Shown: positions 1 through 13,499 of the stretch, piece by piece
Layout: each line of letters begins with the position of its first letter
Position numbering within the stretch: position 1 is the stretch's first letter
NCBI RefSeq assembly: GCF_009914755.1
Contig: NC_060928.1
Length of the DNA stretch: 64,000 bases
Reading direction: 5' to 3' (one strand)
From: the human T2T-CHM13v2.0 reference genome, Homo sapiens
Program-made: the position numbers and the translations under genes
Notes under the pieces: model-generated
Seen by the model: only the letters and a program-made list of their open reading frames with translations
What the model was told of the DNA's origin: nothing
Database searches by the model: none

Positions 1-160
1 ATATATGATATCATATATTCATATATATGATATATATCATATTCATATATATGATATATATATCATATATTCATATATATGATATATATATCATATATTC
101 ATATATATGATATATATATCATATATTCATATATTCATATATATATACACACACATATAT
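1..160. repeat. AT-rich minisatellite with palindromic 20-28 bp units
   Basis: Repeated ATATATATGATATATATATCATATATTC units at 45-72, 73-100 and 101-128, with shorter variants at 1-44. Confidence 0.9.
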
Positions 161-221
161 GAAGTGCTTTAGGTATTTTTACCTTTTAAAAATAGGGAAA
201 AGGCAATTAATTTAATTGTTC

Positions 222-281
222 TTCAACGAGCTACATCCCCTCTTCTAATATTTCAATGAGCTACATCCCCTCTTCTAATAT
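222..281. repeat. 30-bp tandem duplication
   Basis: TTCAA(C/T)GAGCTACATCCCCTCTTCTAATAT at 222-251 and 252-281, one mismatch. Confidence 0.95.
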
Positions 282-340
282 TGAAGTAGTTTTTCACATC
301 ACTTAGAAAAGTGTTAAACATATATTCCATATAACTATAG

Positions 341-342
<2 letters not shown>

Positions 343-388
<46 letters not shown>
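343..388. repeat. (TA)n microsatellite
   Basis: Pure TA run. Confidence 0.95.
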
Positions 389-391
<3 letters not shown>

Positions 392-1975
392 GTGTGGGCA
401 GTATTGGAAGTTAATCCATTATTAAGCATGATACAGTTAAACTGGCTCAAGGATATTATATTGTAAAGTGACAGAAGCTTATAATTAGTAAAATTTAGAA
501 GTGTAAATTTGCATTTGGTCCCTGGTATCACCCTGACTGCCCAGCAGACATGGTACACATCTCCTTTTCGCATGCTGTGCCTTTCTTTTCATTACACTAT
601 TGTTCACTGTGGAAAACCAGGGTTTCCTTGACAGGTAAGCAGAGCTAGAACTTAAATGGAAGATGTAAGGTAACCAGAGCGCATCCTATGGCTGATGGGA
701 AGCAATGATGCTTCCAAAGATTTCTGGTATGTTAAAATGGGCAAGTGATACAGCTTGCGGGTGGCAAAGTAGACATGTGTTAAGAATAAAAAGCAAAAAT
801 TTTAGCCCCTGAAGCAAGATAAACTTTTTAAGCAAACTAAGACCACAATGATCTAGAAAAGAGAAGATGGCATAACTTACACTTATTGGAAAGTATAAAA
901 TCTCAATTTTTATTAAAGGCAATACTCTATATTAGTGAAACAAGTGTATGAGAATTCTGTACAAAAAATAATGTTCAGTAAACAAAAGACTATTGGAATT
1001 TTTTAAATTGCCCTAAGAGACTTCAAACCTAAAATTTGTTATTTTTGAAGGTTCAGAACATACGCACTTTCTTTTATACAGTTTTGTGTATATATGTGTG
1101 TGTGATGCAGACAATGGGTATAATAATGAGGAATGGTATTTAAAATATACCTGCATTTTATGCTTAGCCTTACACTCAAGCCTATACCCCAAATCATTAA
1201 ATCTGTCATTTTAAATGCCTATGAAGGCAGATTCACTTTGCCCTAGAGGCAGAAATTATAGAATTTCCCTTGATCAACTACCCAAAGAGATAATGGAGAA
1301 ATATGTCAACATACAAAAGAGATGAGTGGTATATTATTCTAATCATTCTACTTTTGGCCAAATTAACTTCCCACTTTTGTGTTCAATTTTTATGCCAACA
1401 AATATTACAAGTAGAAGCAGCCAGTGTCAGATTTACCATGTTGCCTGAAATCTACCTTGTAGCTGATGTCGTAACTATCTCCTTGTTTACCAGTAAGCTT
1501 ATGAATTACAAATTTGGGCTACCATATAGCTATAAATCATTTTGAGTGATAGCCTTCCGGTTTGCGACAAACTATTAATCTGAACCAAGGAAATGGTTGA
1601 GTAGCTAGCCTGGGGTGAGCAGATCTGTTTATTCTTCACCATATGTTTAACAGCCTCTAAACTTGCTTTCTTGGCTACATTCCAAGGCTGTCTGGGACTC
1701 ATTAAGGCTCACACAGCAAGCTACAAAAGTTTCTATAGGTCACTGACCCTGCAGTTAAGCACCACTAATGATAATTTTGTTTTTTTGGTCATTAGTAATA
1801 AGTCATCAATTGTTAAAAAGATGTGGTTGAGATTATGCTTATTTTTATCAACTCATAAATTCAAAAATTCAAAGCTTTAATGTCTATAGGGAATGAGGAC
1901 GAACTAAGGGATAGCTTCCCCCCTAACCTTTAGTGGCTGAGGCATGAGAAAAGACTTTTTCTATTATTCTGCTGA

Positions 1976-2323
<348 letters not shown>

Positions 2324-3363
2324 TAATGAATATCATTTTCCTTAATGTTTGCTGATATGTCCATTCAATGGGTTAATAGATCTAAATCCTAACCACAGCA
2401 TTTTGTTATTGTTATTTTTTGTTTATTTCTTTAAACCAGGTTGTCACTTATTCATCAATTTTTGAAAACATCTGAGTTGTATTTCTAATTGCTCATCACA
2501 CGTAACTTTAGTTTATGGCATTAAACATAATTTCCATGACAAAGGACACACATTTTAAAACATTTACTTTAATATTTACATTTTATATAGGTTGAACCTT
2601 TGAGCTATTATCAGAGGTTCTTATGGATCAATTTGTACATGAAATTGTAAAACTTCAAGGGAAAACATTTTTCTGTAACTATACACAAAGCATGCTCACC
2701 TTCAGATTATTTATATATACTAGTATAAAAGCAAACTGGGAAGTGATTGATGATGCTGCCAAATTCTCTCTGAGCCTACAAGATATAGATGGTACCTTTA
2801 AAATTGGCAAAAAAAACTAATTAATCTTGCATGAGATGTAAACCCTTTCTCCTTAACCTGATAACAGTATGTAACAGTAGGAAACCCACAATCTTCATGA
2901 TAAGAGAACCCAAGTTTGAAGGATGTGTATACAAATATTCAAACAACAATAAAATTACTTTTTTCTCTACCATAAAAAAGAACAGAAATCATACCCTGTC
3001 ATTCTCTGAGGTGTTTTCGAAGTACTCGGCAGCAGGCTTTTTAAGTACTGTAGTTGATCATAAAAATCACAGATCAAGTTAAGAAGCGTTGTGTGTGTTT
3101 GTCTTTTTAAGTTGTTTCCTTTATCAACTTGACACCTAAAGCCTATGGTGCTTAAATTGATGTTTACTTGAACTGCTGCTGAGCAATCCTTCTTCTACCC
3201 TCTAGGGAATGAGCAACATCTTTTAAAGCTTCTTGAGAAGCTAATGTGTCTTCTCCAGTCTAAATCATGTCCCTTAGCTTTAGTCATGCTATTAGTAAAA
3301 GATCATTTTTTTCATGGTAAAATCATGACACTCATAGAGATCATTAAATATAAAATAGACATG

Positions 3364-3807
3364 TGTTAAGGATTTCGTTTAACTCATCAATTAATGAGGG
3401 GAACAGTGAGGTGTTACAACTGGTTCTGAGAAGAGTTCATAAAACCACACGTGTACTAGGTACTCTGGAATGCTGAACTGAATTTACAAATAGATGCAAA
3501 ATTGGTCAATATCCACAGGGAATAATCAATTGCATTTCAGTGGACAGAGTTTATTTGCATATTTATAGGCAAAATCATTTGCAATAGGATCTTTTTTTAT
3601 AGTTTAATGGATTTGAAAAATAGCTCAGATAAAATGGAAGGCAAAGATAGCTATTAATAGAAAATAGCCTACTCAGTAATTGTTTTAGCCCACTGCAAAG
3701 CTGTTCACAAATTTCCTGATTCTATGAAATATGCAAGGGAGATACTGATGAACAACTTGCAATGTCATGGCTTACAAAAATGTTAGATGAAATTTATGCT
3801 TCCAATA
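3364..3807 (-). mobile_element. Ancient solo LTR, probably ERV1 class (family not securely named)
   Basis: Starts TGTTAAGGATTTCGTTTAACTCATCAATTAATGAGGG and ends TTATGCTTCCAATA. Resembles a recalled old eutherian LTR consensus; antisense TTTATT near 3550. Confidence 0.45.
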
Positions 3808-4280
3808 AAAATATCTTAATCTAATTAAGTGTTGAAGATATTTTTACAGAACTTTACTTCTTATATTTATAACACAAGAATTAAATGACTTATATTACAG
3901 ATTATGGGTATAGCTTGTATTTGCTGCAACCTACATAAACAATTTTTGACAGAGGATATTCTCAAAAACTTAATGTCATTGTTTGAATTTGGTCATAGCT
4001 GCAATTGAAAATTTCCACATTAAATAATTTATAGACAATGATTTGGCAAGAACATGCATGAGAGCTTGATATCTTTGCTGTTTTCTGAAATTGTTCAATA
4101 ATATTCTAGAGTAACTAGAGAACCTGATTCATATCATGTTAGAAATTTGCATCCTTAGGGGAAAACAGTTTAATTCCATTCATATTGTTTCCCGTTATTT
4201 ATTGTATGTGCACACACATGTGTGCATTTGCACAGACTTTGAGGTGAATTTCCTAACCATTCCTGTCTCTTTTCTTGCAG

Positions 4281-4336
4281 GCATGCGTGCGCGCGCACAC
4301 ACACACCCTCTTTCTCTCTTTCTCTCTCTCTCTCTC
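4281..4336. repeat. (GC)/(CA) alternating tract followed by (CT)n
   Basis: GCATGCGTGCGCGCGCACACACACAC then a CT-rich run. Confidence 0.85.
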
Positions 4337-4479
4337 AATCTGTTAGTCTGAACATCGATTGGTTTGTTTTTATAACGGCTGATTGGGCACCCCACTTATT
4401 GAAAAAGTCAATCATATTTCTCTAGTCATATTTAATGGCTTTTCATCTCTGATCCACTTTTCACCTTTCTTACTCTGTC

Positions 4480-4699
4480 TTCTACCCAAAGAGGCTAACC
4501 TGGTTTACAATGAAAGTCTTGGTTTCTATGCCCCGCGTCTTCTATTTCAAATCCCAGTGAGATACACAGTGGGAGATTGGAGGGAAGGGGAAAATGAGGT
4601 CAGGGTTTTATTGCTCTAGCTCTTTCTCTGCTAAGTCAGTCAAGCTTCCTGCGTCTTTGGACCAAAGGTTACTGCTTCTCTCAAGGCAATCTTCTCTAC

Positions 4700-4759
<60 letters not shown>

Positions 4760-4932
4760 GCTTTGTGTTCTGGTACCTGCCTCTTCTTTTGATTACCTCT
4801 GGCTCTTGCAGTAACAGCTTTTCTGCTATATACCCATCTATACCATTATAAATCTTTGTTTTATTGATAAATCATCTTCGAATAATCTAAATATGGGTGA
4901 CCTATGTTTTCTGTTGGACTCCTGAGTGATAT
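4480..4932 (+). mobile_element. LTR33-like ERVL solo LTR containing a (CT)n expansion (4703-4759)
   Basis: 3' end AATAATCTAAATATGGGTGACCTATGTTTTCTGTTGGACTCCTGAGTGATA resembles the LTR33 terminus; 5' boundary approximate. Confidence 0.55.
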
Positions 4933-5051
4933 TATTTATAAATATGCTTTTATCTTCTGAATTATGTGGCTAGCCAGAGGAGTGGAAGTTCCCAAGATTT
5001 TAATCTGGCTTCATAAGAAAGTAGAGGCTCTTTCAAACCTTCAAGCTTGAC

Positions 5052-5330
5052 CAGGGGGTCAGCAACATCATCTGTAAAGAATTAAAGAGTAAATGTTTTA
5101 GGCTTTGTAGACCACGCTAATACCAGCCATAGATAATAAGGAAACAAAGACATAGATGTGTTCCAATAAAATTTATTTATAAAACAAGGGAGTGGTGGTG
5201 GTGGTGGTGGTGGTGGTGGTGGTGGCGGCGGCGGCGGCGGCGGCGGTGGTGATGGTGGCAGTGGTGGTGGTGGTGGTGATGGTGGTGGTGGTGGTGATTT
5301 TAGCCTTTGGCAAAAGTTTGTTGACCCTCG
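5052..5330 (+). mobile_element. MER58A (hAT-Charlie MITE) with internal trinucleotide expansion
   Basis: Ends CAGGGGGTCAGCAA and AGTTTGTTGACCCTCG; internal TGTGTTCCAATAAAATTTATTTA; degenerate TSD GCTTGACC/ACTAGACC. Confidence 0.85.
5192..5298. repeat. (GGT)10(GGC)7(GGT/GAT)n compound trinucleotide repeat
   Basis: Read directly; source of the poly-Pro ORF on the minus strand. Confidence 0.95.
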
Positions 5331-5929
5331 ACTAGACCATAAAATGCAAACTAGGTTTACAAGAGCTCCACCTCTGTGGGTGTGTCTTACAAACACTATT
5401 ATTAACAAAGCAGTATTTTGTTTTAGTTTATGCTTTAGCATTTTTATTTTTTGAGAATTTTTTTATAATTTTATCTATTAGACATTGTCTGAATATGACA
5501 TTACTCAGACATTTCTAATATTTTGCATGACTTTTTTTCAGTTTTGAGTCTCATAATGCAATTCCATTCTGAAGCAAAGTCCTGAGTATGCTAATATAAA
5601 AAGTAAAATTTATAAGATTTTTTAAAAATTGTATTAAATTGATGCTCTGCTAAGATAGTATCCTGTTCTGCAGTGAAATACTTTCCTTCACAGACAATTG
5701 TATAAGGACCTAGGCTACTAACAAATAAGTTCACCTATTCAGATTCATTACTTCTTTTCAAATTTCTGATAAATTTCTGTATTCCACGACTTCATTTATA
5801 CATTATGTCTAGAATAAGACATTGTAGTTTGGATTCTCCCTCTTGCCAATTCTTTTCCCTTCACTTTTCACAAGTGGTGTTCCTTGCTGCCTGTGAAGAG
5901 TCTCAGAGACATTTTCTCAGGTTACCTGA

Positions 5930-7855
5930 CAGTCTCATTAATTGACTTTTTCAACATAAGTAAATATAAATGTGTACAACTTATACAGTAGAATAGTTTG
6001 TCATATTTGTCTGTTACAACAAGAGTTAAGATAATGAGGTTTTACTTTACTTTCACTTACTTCTTCTTCTATATTCTTCCTTTCTGTATATAGGTTCGAG
6101 TTTCTGACCATGTTATTTTTCTTCTCTAACTTATTTGTTATTTCCTTCTCTAACTTCTCTCACTTATTTATTTTCCGATGTTCTTCCTTTCTTTTTGTAG
6201 GTGCAAGTTTCTGACCATGTTATCTTCCCTCTCTAACTTTAACATTTCTTTCAAGTCAATTCTACTGCGCACAAACTATTCTTGATTTTTGTTTGTTTAA
6301 GATAGTCTATTACTCCTCCACCTTAGAAGGACAATTTCACAGGGTACAGAACTGTAGGTGAGTGATTTTTTTTTTCTGTCAACACTAAATATTTCATTCT
6401 ACTCTCTTCTTGCTTGCATGATTTCTGAGGAGAAATTTGATGTAATTCTTATCCTTGGTCTTCTATAGGTAGGGAGTCCCCCAAACCACCACCTCTAGCT
6501 TTTTTTCAATATTTAATCTTTATCATTGATTTTCTGAAGTTTGAATATATAATATGCTTAGGTGTATTTTTTAAAGTATTTATCCTGTTTAGAATTCTCT
6601 GAGATTCCTGGGTTTGTGGTTTGGTGTCTGACATTAACAGATGGTAATTCTCCATCACTATAGCTTTAAATATTTATTCTATTCCTTTCTTCTTGTTTTT
6701 TTTTAATTCCCATTACATGTATATTACGTTTTTTCTAGTCATCCCATAGTTCTTGAATCTTTGTTCTGGGATTTTTTATTTTCAGTTTTTTTTTTCACTT
6801 TGCTTTTCAAATTTGGAAGTTTCTATTAAGATATCCTCAAGCTCGGTTGGGCCCAGTCTACTGAGCCATCAAAGGCATCCTCTATTCCTGTTACAGTGTT
6901 TTTGATTTCTAGCATTTTATTTTATTTTATTCTTAGATTTTCCATCTCTCTGCTTACCTAGCCCATTGTTCTTGCATGTGTCTCCTTTATCTGTTAAAGC
7001 CCTTGGCAAATTTTAAAATTTTCTAGTCTGATAATTCCAACATCCCTGCCTTGTCTGGTTCTGATGCTTGCTCTTTGTCTTCAAACTGTGTTATTTGCCT
7101 TTTAACATAACTTGCAATTTTTTTCTTGGTAGTTGGGCATGATGTACTGTAATTGATGGTAAAGTGTGGAGTTAGGGTGAATTCTATAGTTCTATGATTT
7201 TCAGTCTTTCAGTGACCCTGTGCTTCTGTCTTGTGAACTTTAAAACTCTGTTACCCAGAATGGATGGGGCTAGAGATGGCTGAAGTTGAATACTTCTCTT
7301 CACACAGATCATTTAGGCCCTGAAAACTCCCCAACAGTTTAGGCTGGGTTAAATTAACTTTGCTTGAGTTCAGGCTGTTGAGAACAGAATGCTTTGACAT
7401 ATTTCAAGTGTTACTTCTCCCCTCTCCCACCAGAAGTATGAGAGGATGTTTTTCTCCAACATTCAGTGTGAGAACCTGTTTGAACTGTTAAAGGTAAAAT
7501 TCACAAAAGCATAGGGTCCCCCTTATGACTGGGTTCTATGGGAATGTTTAACTCTCAGACTTGTCTACTCTAAGCCTCCAGGAATTTATCAATTGCAATG
7601 CAGGTTTTCCTACCCCAGAAGTTGTCCCCACGGAGGTTTCCACTATAGTTTTCATTTTTGTTTATTTTTACCTTGTAAGTTGTGATTCTCTGTGTGTATC
7701 CGTCTATCTCTCCAATTTTGCAGGCAGCAATTTGCCCTGTGGCCTCATTTCTCTGACAGATCTAAGAAAGGTTGCTGGTTTTTCAGTTTGTTCTGCTTTT
7801 TACTTGTTAGGATGGAGTGTGGACTTCTGAACTCCTTATATGCCAGGCTGGAAAC
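5930..7855 (-). mobile_element. Old L1M (L1MC/MD-like) 5' UTR/ORF1 region
   Basis: T-rich antisense L1 ORF1-type sequence, e.g. CTTAGAAGGACAATTTCACAGGGTACAGAAC and TTGCTTGCATGATTTCTGAGGAGAAATTTGATG; no open frame. Confidence 0.7.
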
Positions 7856-8238
7856 ACAACATCTCATCAGTGCTTTTTACCATTATGACTTTTTCTGTAT
7901 TGCTTGTTTAATATGATCAATTTTTAAAAAGAGACAATACTGTATCAATAGCTGTATTTCAGTGTCTTCATAAGTTTCCTAAAAATAATTTCTCAGATTT
8001 CCTTTATAACAAGTGTCTTTTGTTACATTTCAACAACTTAGAGAATTAGGTTTTGTACACATTAGGTTTTGAAAGGATAACCTCAAAGCAATTGCTGCAT
8101 TTTAGAAACTTAGAGCCAAGGACAAACAATACTTTTTATTCATTAATTTAACATCTTTAAGGGAGCTATGCTTTTTTCCTGTGTTATGGACCTCTTCAAA
8201 CTCCCTTTGCTGTCCTGGATTTACAGTTACAAGTCTGA

Positions 8239-8640
<402 letters not shown>

Positions 8641-8904
8641 TCAAATTTTCTTATCTTGTGCTGATTTATACATACTTTTAACTGCAATTGGCTCATGTGG
8701 GAAACAAACATACAGACCCACCAGGACCTTCCCATACTATAATGCACTTATATGAAAATGGAAGTGCTATTGCCACAAAAAGTCACCAAGTACAAAGAAA
8801 GACTCATTGTAATTTGTCTGCTAGGCAATTGAGTCACCTACTTGGTCCTCTGTCTTATATACAACACCATTGTATGCTCTGTCACCCAGGCCTAAACCCT
8901 TCTA

Positions 8905-9295
8905 TCACACATGTATTCTTTAAAAAATATTTTTAGAGTTACAATGTATCAGGGTCTGGGGATAAACTAATGAACAAACTGAAATAGTAACTTTCTTATT
9001 ACACTAATAGTCTATTGAGGAAGGCAATGTTAATCAAGGGTGAAATTTGATTATATTGAATAATAAGTGCTACTTTTTGAGTTCTATATGGGCAGTAACA
9101 GGAGCACTTAAGAAGTTTTTCTGGAATTGGTTATATGTACATTAATATATCAGAATGAATTGTTTCTACCAAGGTAAAAGTGATAAGTGAGTGTCAAGAA
9201 GAGGCAAAACCTTGGCAAATTGGGAAGTGACAGTGGTTCATTATAGTTGGAGCCGAGTGTGTAAGTGTAGGAGTGAGGCTGAAAAGGTAAAAGTA
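8905..9295 (-). mobile_element. L2 fragment
   Basis: Degenerate antisense L2 3' pattern (GGGTCTGGGGATAAACTAATGAACAAA...AGTGAGGCTGAAAAGGTA). Confidence 0.5.
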
Positions 9296-9308
9296 CCCAC
9301 ATGGCGCA

Positions 9309-9495
9309 CATATATAGTATATATAGATACTATATATATAGTAGATCTACTATATATATATTCTACTATGTATATATACATACTATATATATATATACTA
9401 TATATAGTAGATCTATTATATATATATTCTACTATATATATACACACACACATAGTAATTATATATATATAATTACCATTCTACTATATATATAA
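9309..9495. repeat. Complex (TA)n-derived repeat with palindromes
   Basis: TA runs interrupted by GTAGATCTAC and TTCTAC units. Confidence 0.9.
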
Positions 9496-9879
9496 TTACA
9501 AATAAAAGCCCTGCACAAAATACATAAAACAATAATTAAAAGACACTGAAAGAGGAATAAAAAGATGAGAAAATGAGTATCCCTACAAGACCAAACCTTT
9601 TTGGCTAAATTTGCCTTATTCCAGAAGAATACCATTCAAAATGCTAAACCCTTCTGTCTTCCCACTGACTGTTATGACCATGTAGACTATCAACAAAGCC
9701 TTGCCAACCATTTCCACCCAGCAATCATGAGTCAGTCCTCTCCTTATTCCTACAGGCACTGCAGAGAGCCCTTGGAGTGAAGCCCCATTGGCTTTCTCAG
9801 CCTCATGCTAACTGAATGACAACAAACACACAGCTCCCCATCTCTCCCAGTTAAAGACTTGGAGAAGGATTACAGAGAG

Positions 9880-11645
9880 GTGTGAGCTGGAGAAAAGAAT
9901 TCTTTGAATCTACGTATGAAGTGCTGTTAAAATTTTTGAAGGGCCATGTATAAAACCAATCAGACATGACAGAGCAAAAACACTAAACCATTTTATGAAA
10001 TAACACCAACCTCTCAGATTCACCTCTGAGTAGCACACAAGTGAAGCAGACCAGAATTGCTTGCAAATATTTTGAAAACTAAATTGATATTCAAACCATA
10101 GCCCATGAAAGTGAGCGAGAATGTGCATTCTCATCCTAACAGGTTGACTGCTTGCTAAAGTAGAAGATTTAAATAGGAACCCACATCTCACAACTTAATA
10201 CCCACAATGTTCAGGACATAATTCAAAATAGTTTTGCTAACAAGACCAGAAAAATCTTAGTTTTCAATGAGGAAAGAAAATCAACAATTACCAACACCGA
10301 GATAGCATAATGTTGGAATTATCTGACATATATTTTAAATCAGGTATCATAAAAATGTTCCAACAAACAATTATGAACATTCCTAAAACAAATGGAAAAA
10401 TATAAAGTCCAAACAAAGAAATAGACAAAATAATAAAGAACCAAATAGAAATTTTAGAATTTCATCAAGCAATGACGGAACTAAAAACTGAACAAATGTG
10501 TTAGTGCAATGAATATGAAAGAGAAAATAATTAGCACATTTGAAGATAGAACAATAGAAAATATCCAGTCTTCATAAAAGACATGAAAATGATTTTTAAA
10601 ACATGAACAGAGCCTCAAACACCTGTGGGACAATAGATATGATCTATAATTCTTGTCATTTGAGCCCAAGAAGAAGAGGGCATGATAAAGAATTAAAAAA
10701 AAACTAATGTGAAGAAATAAAACAATGGCATAAAACTTCCCCAATTAAAAAAAAAGATGTAAACCTAAAGATTCAAGTAATTGAACAATATCCAAACATG
10801 GCAAACAGAGAAATTCATATCAAGACATAGCAGAGTCAAATTTTTGAATACTAAAGGCCAAGAAAAAGTTTTGAAAGGAACCAAAGAGAACAACAGATAC
10901 ATTATGTATAGAGGGATAACTAATCAAAATGTAACAGATTTCTCATTAAAACTGTCCAGAAAAAAAGAGGGAAACTACGTTTTGGAAACAAAACTTCTCA
11001 GTTGAGAATTTATACCTGAGGATGGAAGGTGAAAAAGACATATTCTCGATGAAAAAGAAAAGATTTATCCATGACTTGCAGATTTGCTCTAAAATAATGG
11101 ATAAAGACATTTCTTCAAACAGAAGGGACATGATAAGGGGAGGACACACGGAACATCAGGAACAAGGAAAGAGCAAAAGAAAGGGATGATATTAGATAAA
11201 GAAAATGAGCTATTCTCCCCTAGTGTTTTTAAAATCATATTTGATGGTGAAAGCAAATATTATAAACTTTGTTTAATATTTCAATGTATGTAGGAGTAAT
11301 ATTTCAGACCACTGTATCACAAACAGAAAAAGTCAAAGGTCCTAACTGTTGGTGAATAGTCTGCATGCCACTTGAATAATAAAATGTTGATTCTAGTAGA
11401 CTATGATACATTACTTATGTACATTGTAATCCCTAGAGAGACTACTAAAAAAAACACAGAGATATACTCAAAAACACTACGCATAAATCAAAGTGGAATA
11501 CTAAAAAATGGTGAAGTAACCTACAAGAAAGCAGGAAAGGAGAAATAGAAGATTAAAAAACAGAGGGAAAGAACAAAGAACAAATAATAAAATGACAATA
11601 TCAGATATAAATAATTGCATTAAACTAACTAGTCTAAACCAACCA
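9880..11645 (+). mobile_element. Old L1M 5'/ORF1 region
   Basis: A-rich sense L1 ORF1-type sequence (AAAGAACCAAATAGAAATTTTAGAAT, AACTTCCCCAATT) running into the ORF2 start region near 11600; frames disrupted. Confidence 0.7.
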
Positions 11646-12589
11646 GTTAAAATAATATAAAATAAGTTAAAATAATATAAAATAATTTTATTATTATTTT
11701 ATTCCAACTTTTGCTGGAATGACACAGGATATAGCACCAGCCCTATTGTTATTTTTCTTATTATATTAATAAAGACTGACAATATTTTAAATACAAGACA
11801 GAGATAAATTTCTTATACCAATGTCACTAAACAAGTTTGAACTCCTTGCTGAATTCACAAGGTTATTTATACTCCAAATTTAATTTTGAAGGCCCATCAG
11901 ATGATTTTTCATGAGACTTTCATTTTGTTGAAAGCAAAGATTGGAAACTACTTGATTGCAAAAGTTGGTTACTTATAAATGAGAAACATTTACACACACA
12001 TTCAATATCAGTATTTGTAAATGCCCTTCTGTATGGTACCACAGAAGTGTAACAACCTTCGACAATATGTCACAGGAAGATTCCAGATATGCTTTCCATT
12101 TTTAAGTGTGAAATAAAGGCAGTTACAAAAAGGGAGATGGGAAAAGATAATTTCTTCAAGGTCTTCACCATAGGTGATTTTCTGTGCGGATTTTAAAAGA
12201 AATAATGCATATGAAAGGTAAAGATCTAGAAATTGGTTTCCTTAAAACAGTGATTTATTAATGTCCTAAACTTAATTTTTTCTGAACATTCTGTGTAATT
12301 GTATGCTTTTATGCTTTATTTTAGAAACTTCCTTAAATTTAAATACAATCTAATGTAAAGCATTTTATATTTATGTACAAATAAGTAATTTTCATAACCT
12401 GTTTACACTTACCTGCATTGTATTTATATTTTGTATTGTATTACGCATTGTTGTGGCTTTTTTCCAGCATCTTGCACAGTATCGTATCAAATATATACTT
12501 ATAGAATAAATGAACTTAGAAATAGGAAGGTAGTAACCCAGCCAAAAAATATCCTTTTATCTCAGTAGGTATATTTCTATAGAAGAAGG

Positions 12590-12800
12590 TGAACGCTAAG
12601 AGCAAAGTCTCTGGAGACATGTGCATACGGATTTGATCTTCATCTTCCTACACTAGGTATGCTACATATGCTTCTTTCAGATTTGGGATTTAGGTGAAAT
12701 TAGGACAGTCTTATTTATCTACAAGATTACAATAAGAATTAAATGAGACAATGCAAACGCCCTGCAATTTGTAAATCTTCAAAAATCAATTTATTGTTAT
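12590..12800 (+). mobile_element. MIR fragment
   Basis: AAGAGCAAAGTCTCTGGAG...AGAATTAAATGAGACAATGCA resembles the MIR core and 3' region. Confidence 0.55.
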
Positions 12801-12857
12801 CATAATTATGATTAATACTAAAATTTGTGATGTGACACATTCCATATGACTGTTAGC

Positions 12858-12908
12858 ATATATATATACACACACATATATATACACACATATATGTGTA
12901 TATACACA

Positions 12909-12946
<38 letters not shown>
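12858..12946. repeat. (TA)/(CA)/(TG) compound microsatellite
   Basis: Read directly. Confidence 0.9.
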
Positions 12947-13499
12947 CTTCCTATGCTGTAGATGATAATGCAGAAAATAGTCTGATATGTACTTTGTTGA
13001 AGTTTCTCTTAACAGTGAAATCATTCATTGCTGGGGAGGAGGAATTAGCTTAACTGTATCACATTAAAAGGGAGAACAAAAAAATAAGAGAGAGGAAGAA
13101 AAAGAGAAAAATGAAGACATATAAGCAGGAGACTGACTGTGGGAAAGTTTAAGTAAAATCAAATATGTAAGATGGAATGGGAAGTAAAAGTAGTATATAA
13201 AAATAGTAAAATGATAATGACATTAACATTTGTAAATTTTGTGACTTTTAACATGCATTCTCATCTATTGTCTAATGGAGTTTCTTACCAAGTTTGTGAA
13301 TAGATAGGAAAGAAAAGTGATTTGTTCACATACAAGAGAGCTAGGGTTAGAAGATAGAGATTTTGAACTCTTTAAAATGGTATTTAAGTATCAAGGAACA
13401 AATGTTGGCCTATTCTCTTCCTTTAGTAGGAATAAATCCTGGACAAATGAGGAGTGAATACTTGTAAACCATGCCGGCCATCTTTTTGCCCCTTACTCT

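Noticed and set aside
600-640. Splice-donor-like CAG|GTAAGC
   Set aside because: Isolated motif; no convincing coding frame or paired acceptor could be supported.
3553-3560. Octamer ATTTGCAT sites (also near 4145 and 35552)
   Set aside because: Expected by chance in 64 kb of AT-rich DNA; no supporting context.
5082-5441. 119-aa ORF with a long poly-proline tract (formin/extensin-like)
   Set aside because: It is the reverse translation of the GGT/GGC microsatellite inside MER58A; the flanks are transposon sequence.
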